A stretch of 64,000 nt of DNA, taken from assembly GCA_964415675.1 (NCBI GenBank), contig CAYQBG010000001.1, positions 3,359 to 67,358 of the forward strand, in the 5' to 3' direction. Within the stretch, counting starts at the first letter, position 1; every line of letters starts with the position of its first letter. Below the pieces are notes generated by a model. It was not told the origin of the DNA and did no database searches. It was given only the letters and a program-made list of their open reading frames with translations. This DNA is from an uncultured Hyphomonadaceae bacterium (lineage in GTDB: Bacteria; Pseudomonadota; Alphaproteobacteria; Caulobacterales; Hyphomonadaceae). A program made the position numbers and the translations under genes. This document shows, piece after piece, positions 56,906-64,000 of this stretch.

Positions 56906-58039
56906 ATGAGGACAGGGCAGAAACTTACACCGGAAGGCCGGGTCACCCGCGACCAGATCGACGCAGCCGCAGAACGTTTCGAGCAGCGCGGGCGCGGCGC
57001 GATTTCGAATCAGTCCGGACGCTATGAACCGGAGACCCGCGCCCGGTTCGATGATGGCTGGGCGACGCTTGATGCGCGCGATGACCGGCTGGACACAAGC
57101 CTGACGGCTGAGACAGCGCGCACCCTGATCAGCTTCAACCGCTCGCCGGATATTCATTTCGACCGTTCCGTCAATCCCTATCGCGGCTGCGAGCATGGTT
57201 GCATTTACTGCTTTGCGCGTCCCACCCACGCTTACAGCGGTTTGTCGGCCGGGCTCGATTTCGAAAGCCGGCTTTTCTACAAGTCGAACGGGCCGGAAAT
57301 TCTGCGCCGTGAATTGTCGCGCCCGGAATATGTGCCGCGCGTGATCGCGCTGGGCGTCAATACCGATGCCTACCAGCCAGTGGAAAAACGCTTGCGACTG
57401 ACACGCGCGCTCCTGGAAGTGCTCAATGAATTCAACCATCCTGTCAGCCTGCTGACCAAATCGGCGCTCATACAGCGCGATATCGACCTGATTGCGCCCC
57501 TCGCGGAAAAGGGCCTCGCCCGTGTCGGCGTGTCGCTGACAACGTTGGATGGGGGACTGTCGCGACGGATGGAGCCACGCGCGGCGACACCGAAACTGCG
57601 CCTGGACACAATGGCTGCGCTGTCCGAAGCAGGCATTCCGGTCATTGCCATGACGGCACCGATCATTCCGGGACTCAACGACACAGAAATTGAGGCGCTG
57701 CTGGAGGAAAGTGGCGGGGCCGGGGCGCAATGGGCGGGGTATGTGCTCCTGCGCCTGCCCTTCGAGATCAAGGACCTGTTCCATGAATGGCTGGCGCAGC
57801 ACTATCCCGACCGTGCGGCAAAGATCGTCAATCTCATCCGCGAGATGCGCGGGGGGAAGGATTATGATCCGCGCTGGTTCGAACGCGGCCGAGGACGCGG
57901 GCCTCATGCCGAACTGATCGCAAGACGCTTCCGGCGCGCCGCGCGCCGGCTCGGGCTGGATGGCGAACGCCCGCCGCTACGCACCGACTTGTTCCGCCCG
58001 CGCGAGGGTCCGGGAGGCCAGCTGCTGCTGGATGTGTGA
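56906..58039 (+). CDS. PA0069-family radical SAM protein (COG1533, SplB-like)
   Basis: N-terminal RGRGAISNQSGRYE and the radical SAM cluster motif NPYRGCEHGCIYCFARP (CxxxCxxC). Length about 377 aa. Confidence 0.85.
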   Translation: MRTGQKLTPEGRVTRDQIDAAAERFEQRGRGAISNQSGRYEPETRARFDDGWATLDARDDRLDTSLTAETARTLISFNRSPDIHFDRSVNPYRGCEHGCIYCFARPTHAYSGLSAGLDFESRLFYKSNGPEILRRELSRPEYVPRVIALGVNTDAYQPVEKRLRLTRALLEVLNEFNHPVSLLTKSALIQRDIDLIAPLAEKGLARVGVSLTTLDGGLSRRMEPRAATPKLRLDTMAALSEAGIPVIAMTAPIIPGLNDTEIEALLEESGGAGAQWAGYVLLRLPFEIKDLFHEWLAQHYPDRAAKIVNLIREMRGGKDYDPRWFERGRGRGPHAELIARRFRRAARRLGLDGERPPLRTDLFRPREGPGGQLLLDV

Positions 58040-58093
58040 GGCGCGCACCGACTCGCGATGTGTTAAGTTGCCCCGAAACAGGAGGATACAGGT

Positions 58094-59753
<1,660 letters not shown>

Positions 59754-59769
59754 GCGCGCCAGACCGGCG

Positions 59770-60372
59770 CTATTCACCCCCTCCAAGCGATTTTGTGACG
59801 GTAAATGCACCGCGAAGGTCGCCCTTTCCGAAGCCCGTCGCACGATCTCCCGGATAGCGCCGTTCGACCGCCTCGAGAACCGGCTCGGCAACGGCCTCGC
59901 CGTGGCAGGCCGCACACACTCCATCCATCTCGATCGGCTTCATCCAGCGCACCTCCCGGCCGTTTCCGGTTTCTACAATCTCGATGACTTCGGCGCCGGC
60001 CCTCGCCTGCACATCGCCGGATGCGAACAGTGCCTCGAAGGCTTCAAGCTGTTCGCGCTCCCAGGCATCCGGGGCATTCGAGGCATTACGCACTTTAAGT
60101 GCCGTGCGCCCAACCTCCATTCCCGTCCGTTGTGAGATTTCTGCAGCGATGCCCGGCGCACGTTCGGCACAAACCTCGATCCCCGCGACCGGGCCGCCAC
60201 TCTGCATTGCGCCAACGAGTTCGCCCTTCAGCGTCCGTCCGAGTTCGCCAGCTGCCGCACGCGCCGCCGCCTTCTCGGCTTCCAGATCGACCGCAGCACT
60301 GCACGCCGACAGCGATATGAAAGACGCGGCCAGAAAAAGAGATAAAGACCTGTCTGTCATCGTGACCTCCAA
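59770..60372 (-). CDS. DUF3365-like periplasmic protein with a c-type heme-binding motif
   Basis: Signal peptide with lipobox-like LSAC and a single CAACH (CxxCH) near the C-terminal third. The layout resembles DUF3365/Tll0287-like domains. Confidence 0.6.
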   Translation of the reverse strand: MEVTMTDRSLSLFLAASFISLSACSAAVDLEAEKAAARAAAGELGRTLKGELVGAMQSGGPVAGIEVCAERAPGIAAEISQRTGMEVGRTALKVRNASNAPDAWEREQLEAFEALFASGDVQARAGAEVIEIVETGNGREVRWMKPIEMDGVCAACHGEAVAEPVLEAVERRYPGDRATGFGKGDLRGAFTVTKSLGGGE

Positions 60373-60375
60373 TGC

Positions 60376-60395
60376 ATTTTAGTTTTTTCTAAAAT
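60376..60395. repeat. AT-rich perfect inverted repeat ATTTTAG-N6-CTAAAAT immediately upstream of the DUF3365 gene
   Basis: 7-bp arms at 60376-60382 and 60389-60395 separated by TTTTTT, starting 4 nt from the ATG at 60372. The composition is very atypical for this GC-rich window. Confidence 0.5.
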
Positions 60396-60423
60396 ACAAC
60401 AATGGTCGCGGCCCGGAAACGGG

Positions 60424-61551
60424 TCATTCTGTCTCGGTGGCGAGGTCGAGGGCTTTCAGGAACAGGCTGGGCAGGCTGCGCCGGGCCTCGTCAAGCTCGA
60501 GCCAGTCTCCCTCCAACGCTTCGGCGCTGCAGTTCTCCCGATAAACGCCAAGCCGCAGGCGGATATGCGTAAAGACATGTTCAATCTCGCCGCAGCGTTC
60601 GGCCTGCGCGCTCCAGCCAACAGGCGGCTTGGTCAGGCCATCGGTCGCCTGCGCCCAATCACTGGTCGGCAGGCCCCACATTCCGCCCAGAAGGCCCGTT
60701 TCGGGCCGTCGTTCAACCTGCACGTGGCCACAAGAGAAACGCACGAGTGTGCTGCCAAAGCGAGCGACCTGTCCGGCGCGCTTCGGCTTGATCGGATAGC
60801 GAGCCGGCGCCCCCTCTTTCCGGGCCGCGCAAACATCGCCTATTGGACAGGCCGGGCAGTCGGGCAGCCTTGGCGTGCAAATTGTCGCGCCGAGATCCAT
60901 CAGCGCCTCTGCGAATTCTCCGGGCCGCTCATCCGGAACCAGCGCCGCAACGGTCTGCGCTATCGTGGACTTCTGACGCTTCCAGTCCCCGTCCAACGCC
61001 ATCAGACGGGCCATGACCCTTTCGACATTGCCGTCCACGGCGGGCACAGCCTCATTGAAGGCAATAGCTGCAATCGCTCCTGACGTGTAAGGGCCGATGC
61101 CGGGAAGCGCCTGTAGCCCGGCCCTCGAGTCAGGGAACCGGCTGGCCTGCGCAATGATCTTTGCGGTTTTCAGCAGGTTACGCGCGCGCGCATAATAGCC
61201 GAGCCCGGCCCAGGCACCCATCACCTCTTCGTCGCGCGCATCCGCGAGGGCTTCGACCGTTGGCCAGCGGGCCGTGAAGGCTTCGAAATATCGCCGTGCA
61301 TGGGGAATCGTGGTCTGCTGAAGCATGATTTCAGACAGCCAGACACGATAAGGATCAGGCCGCTCGCCGCGCGCCCGCGCCTCCGGGCCGATCCGCCATG
61401 GCAGGGCGCGCGCGTGAACATCATACCAACTCAGAAGCTGTCTGGGGACAGATCGTAAACCTTTGTGAAAGGATTTCACTGGCCACTTCTCCACCTTGCG
61501 AAGGGCCTTAAAGGTTGCGCCCATGGTCAACAAATCAAGCCTCGACCCCAT
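60424..61551 (-). CDS. mutY: A/G-specific adenine DNA glycosylase MutY
   Basis: LLSWYDVHARALPWR, an HhH-GPD core and the [4Fe-4S] motif CTPRLPDCPACPIGDVC (C-x6-C-x2-C-x5-C), plus a C-terminal NUDIX-like domain. The true start is probably GTG 61479 (GGAG 9 nt upstream) rather than 61551. Confidence 0.9.
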   Translation of the reverse strand: MGSRLDLLTMGATFKALRKVEKWPVKSFHKGLRSVPRQLLSWYDVHARALPWRIGPEARARGERPDPYRVWLSEIMLQQTTIPHARRYFEAFTARWPTVEALADARDEEVMGAWAGLGYYARARNLLKTAKIIAQASRFPDSRAGLQALPGIGPYTSGAIAAIAFNEAVPAVDGNVERVMARLMALDGDWKRQKSTIAQTVAALVPDERPGEFAEALMDLGATICTPRLPDCPACPIGDVCAARKEGAPARYPIKPKRAGQVARFGSTLVRFSCGHVQVERRPETGLLGGMWGLPTSDWAQATDGLTKPPVGWSAQAERCGEIEHVFTHIRLRLGVYRENCSAEALEGDWLELDEARRSLPSLFLKALDLATETE

Positions 61552-62059
61552 TGCGGAAGCGCGCGCACGCGTGGCGCTGCGCTATAAGCGGGCACGAGCT
61601 TCAAGAACACCGCCGCCCGATATCGGGCGCGTAGCGGCGAAATATGCCCGCAAGACCCTGCCGGAACCTGGCTCCGGCCTTCAGAGGCTCAAGGCCCGCT
61701 GGGCGGAAATCGTCGGCGAGTCACTCGCCAAATATTGCGAGCCGGAAAAGCTCAGTGCCAGCAAGTCCGGCCGAACCCTGACCCTGAAGGTCATCCCACA
61801 AGCTGCACCGATCATCCAGCATCGCTCAGGCGAAATTCGCCAGCGCGTTTCGGTCGCAGCTGGCGGCGACATCGCCCGGCTGAAAATCGTGCAGGGCCCG
61901 CTATCGGGCACGAAACCGCCAGCACCAAAGCCACCCCGCCGCGATCTCACGCCCGACGAAATTGCCTGGCTTGAGGACGGCGTAAAACCGATTGAGAATC
62001 CGGCCCTGCGTGCCGCGATTGTTGCGCTGGGCAAGGCTGTGCTAACAGCAAAACCCTGA
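61523..62059 (+). CDS. dciA: DUF721-domain protein (DciA-type replicative-helicase loader family)
   Basis: The pattern LQRLKARWAEIVGESLAKYCEPEKL...RTLTLKV...AAPIIQHRSGEIRQRV matches the DUF721 pattern. ATG 61523. Confidence 0.65.
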   Translation: MVNKSSLDPIAEARARVALRYKRARASRTPPPDIGRVAAKYARKTLPEPGSGLQRLKARWAEIVGESLAKYCEPEKLSASKSGRTLTLKVIPQAAPIIQHRSGEIRQRVSVAAGGDIARLKIVQGPLSGTKPPAPKPPRRDLTPDEIAWLEDGVKPIENPALRAAIVALGKAVLTAKP

Positions 62060-62120
62060 AGGGGCCGCCTGGCCACGCCTGGTGTTAACGATTTGGAAAC
62101 CCCGCCGACTCACGCTTTGA

Positions 62121-62876
62121 ATGAAGGTCATGACCATGTTCCGTATCAGCCGATCCTCAATTCCTGCATTCATGGCCGCCATTCTCGTGGTGGGCTGTGG
62201 CAGTGCCAACGGCAGCGATGACGCGGGCGGCGGCGGAATGTCTGCCAGCGGCCTGCCGGAAATGAGCATCGGCGCGGACGATGCCCCTGTGACCCTGGTC
62301 GAATATGCCTCGATCACCTGCGGCCACTGCGCGCAGTTTCACCAGGAAGTCCTGCCTTCGATCAAGGAAGATTATGTGGAGACCGGCCAGGTCCGCTTTG
62401 TCTTCCGGGAATTCCCGACACCACCCGCGAATATTGCGATTGCAGGCTTTGCGCTGGCGCGCTGCGCCGGTGAAGACAAATATTTCGACGTGCTCGATGA
62501 CCTGTTCGAGGCGCAGCCCGGCATTCTGGCAGCCGCACGTCAGGGGGCAGCCGGCGCGGCGCTGAAAACGATCGCCGAACGCCATGGGATCGAAGGTGAC
62601 GAAGCCTTTGACGCCTGCATCAATGACAGGGCAATCCGCGAAGATATCGCCGATGTGGTCCTGAGTGGAGACGAATTCGGCATCAGTTCCACGCCAACCC
62701 TGATCCTGCAAGGTGAGGTTCTCGCCTCGAACCTTCAGTCAAGAACCACAGAAGGCCTGTCTGAGCTGATCAATGCCGAACTGGCTGCGCTCGGAATCGA
62801 AGTTCAGACAGATAAGGCAGACACGACAGGTGCTACGCCTGAAGCCGATACTGCGTCGGCAGACGCTGAAAACTGA
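62121..62876 (+). CDS. DsbA-family thiol:disulfide oxidoreductase (lipoprotein-like signal)
   Basis: Lipobox-like VVGC, the thioredoxin motif ITCGHCAQFH and the TPTLIL cis-Pro loop region. Confidence 0.85.
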   Translation: MKVMTMFRISRSSIPAFMAAILVVGCGSANGSDDAGGGGMSASGLPEMSIGADDAPVTLVEYASITCGHCAQFHQEVLPSIKEDYVETGQVRFVFREFPTPPANIAIAGFALARCAGEDKYFDVLDDLFEAQPGILAAARQGAAGAALKTIAERHGIEGDEAFDACINDRAIREDIADVVLSGDEFGISSTPTLILQGEVLASNLQSRTTEGLSELINAELAALGIEVQTDKADTTGATPEADTASADAEN

Positions 62877-62891
62877 TCGACGGGAACCGGA

Positions 62892-64000
62892 ATGCACATT
62901 ACCGAATTACGCATTGCCGGCTTCAAATCCTTTGTCGATCCGCAGGAATTCCCGGTTGAAACGGGACTGACCGGCATTGTAGGCCCGAATGGCTGCGGCA
63001 AGTCCAACCTGCTGGAAGCCTTGCGCTGGGTGATGGGCGCATCCTCTGCCAAGGCCATGCGCGGCGGGGAGATGGACGATCTCATCTTCTCCGGTTCCGA
63101 AGCCCGGCCCGCTCGTGAAACAGCTGAAGTCACCCTCGTACTCGACAATTCCGATCGCACCGCCCCGGCGGAATTCAATGCTTCTGATACGCTCGAAGTA
63201 CTTCGCCGGCTGCGACGCGGCGCAGGCTCGACCTATAAACTGAACGGGCGCACAGTTCGCGGCAAGGACATCCAGCTCCTTTTCGCCGATGCTTCTACCG
63301 GCGCGAACTCTCCTTCGCTCGTTCGCCAGGGGCAGATCTCGGAACTGATCGCGTCGAAACCGCAAAACCGCCGCCGTATACTGGAAGAAGCCGCCGGAAT
63401 TGCCGGGCTGAATTCCCGCCGGCATGAAGCTGAGCTCAAACTGCGCGCTGCCGAGACCAATCTGGAAAGGCTGAGCGAAGTGACGGCAGAGGTCGAACGC
63501 CAGCTTGAAAGCCTGAAGCGCCAGGCCCGTAAGGCCCGCAAATACAAAGCGCTCAGCGAAGAGATCGCCGCACTGGATGCTTTCGTAGCGCACCTGAAAT
63601 GGGAAGCCTCGCTGGACGCACGCGATGCCGCCCGCGCGGCCCTTGAGAAATCCAGGGCCGATGTCGAGCGGCTGACCCGCGAAGAAGCCGTCTCCGAGAC
63701 CCGCAGGATCGAGGCGGGGGAAGGGCTGGCGCCTCTACGCGAGGCCGAATCAACTGCGTCAGCGCAACTCGGTCAGGCAAGAATAGCGCTCGCCCGGCTG
63801 GAAGCCGAGCGTCAATCGGCCGAGGACGGCGCCAGACGCATTGAAAGCGAGAAGGTGCGGCTACTGGAAGACATGGAGCGCGAGCAGGCCAGCCGCGAAG
63901 AAGCGGAAGCTGCAGTCAGCGCTGCGGAAGCCGAACTGGACGCACTGCCAGTCGATGACGCAGGTGAGAATGCGGCCAAAGAGGCAGATGCGCGCGGAGC
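62892..64000 (+). CDS. smc: Chromosome segregation protein SMC (N-terminal part; continues beyond the window)
   Basis: ATG 62892. MHITELRIAGFKSFVDP, Walker A GPNGCGKSN, LEALRWVMG and then coiled-coil sequence. The frame is open to the window end, so it is absent from the ORF track. Confidence 0.93.
   Translation, partial: MHITELRIAGFKSFVDPQEFPVETGLTGIVGPNGCGKSNLLEALRWVMGASSAKAMRGGEMDDLIFSGSEARPARETAEVTLVLDNSDRTAPAEFNASDTLEVLRRLRRGAGSTYKLNGRTVRGKDIQLLFADASTGANSPSLVRQGQISELIASKPQNRRRILEEAAGIAGLNSRRHEAELKLRAAETNLERLSEVTAEVERQLESLKRQARKARKYKALSEEIAALDAFVAHLKWEASLDARDAARAALEKSRADVERLTREEAVSETRRIEAGEGLAPLREAESTASAQLGQARIALARLEAERQSAEDGARRIESEKVRLLEDMEREQASREEAEAAVSAAEAELDALPVDDAGENAAKEADARG

Noticed and set aside
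56750-57907. 385-aa ORF on the minus strand
   Set aside because: It is antisense to the radical SAM gene, which carries the CxxxCxxC motif. It is Arg-rich shadow-frame sequence.

Overview
This is a GC-rich chromosomal core region that looks alphaproteobacterial. The evidence is a CcrM-type methyltransferase, DciA/DUF721, a PopA-like degenerate GGDEF protein, a GTTC-N7-GTTC operator, and the fabD-fabG-acpP-fabF-mltG-yicC-gmk and rpsF-rpsR-rplI-dnaB neighbourhoods. I call about 62 protein genes and one tRNA-Glu(UUC). I saw no rRNA, CRISPR array, transposase, integrase or prophage genes.

Content is mostly housekeeping:
- Translation: prfC, an ABC-F ATPase, S6/S18/L9.
- Fatty-acid synthesis.
- A methylcrotonyl-CoA carboxylase (leucine catabolism) cluster.
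- Envelope: MlaFE, DegP, MltG, DsbA.
- A notable density of genome-maintenance genes: mfd, recG, photolyase, recJ, uvrD, dnaB, ccrM, mutY, dciA, smc.

I found no obvious novel multi-gene island. The most interesting signals are regulatory or contextual:
1. A perfect alphaproteobacterial SOS box (GTTC-N7-GTTC) directly upstream of a PA0069-family (SplB-like) radical SAM gene of unknown function.
2. A TGATCC-N16-CGTA ECF (RpoE/ChrR-type) promoter-like element in front of a translationally coupled photolyase / FAD-oxidoreductase / DUF1365 / CFA-synthase-like operon. This matches the singlet-oxygen and furan-fatty-acid gene set.
3. A two-pseudoreceiver protein whose GGDEF active site is destroyed (DGCSI) but whose RxxD I-site is intact, as in PopA.
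4. An LvaA/LvaB-like kinase plus small-partner pair with no adjacent acyl-CoA dehydrogenase.
5. GANTC clusters upstream of ccrM and dnaB.
6. Several hairpins and palindromes that the gene calls do not explain.

All protein identifications rest on motifs read from the supplied translations and on remembered family features. No database search was run. Start codons were refined by eye from SD-like sequences and are less certain than stops.
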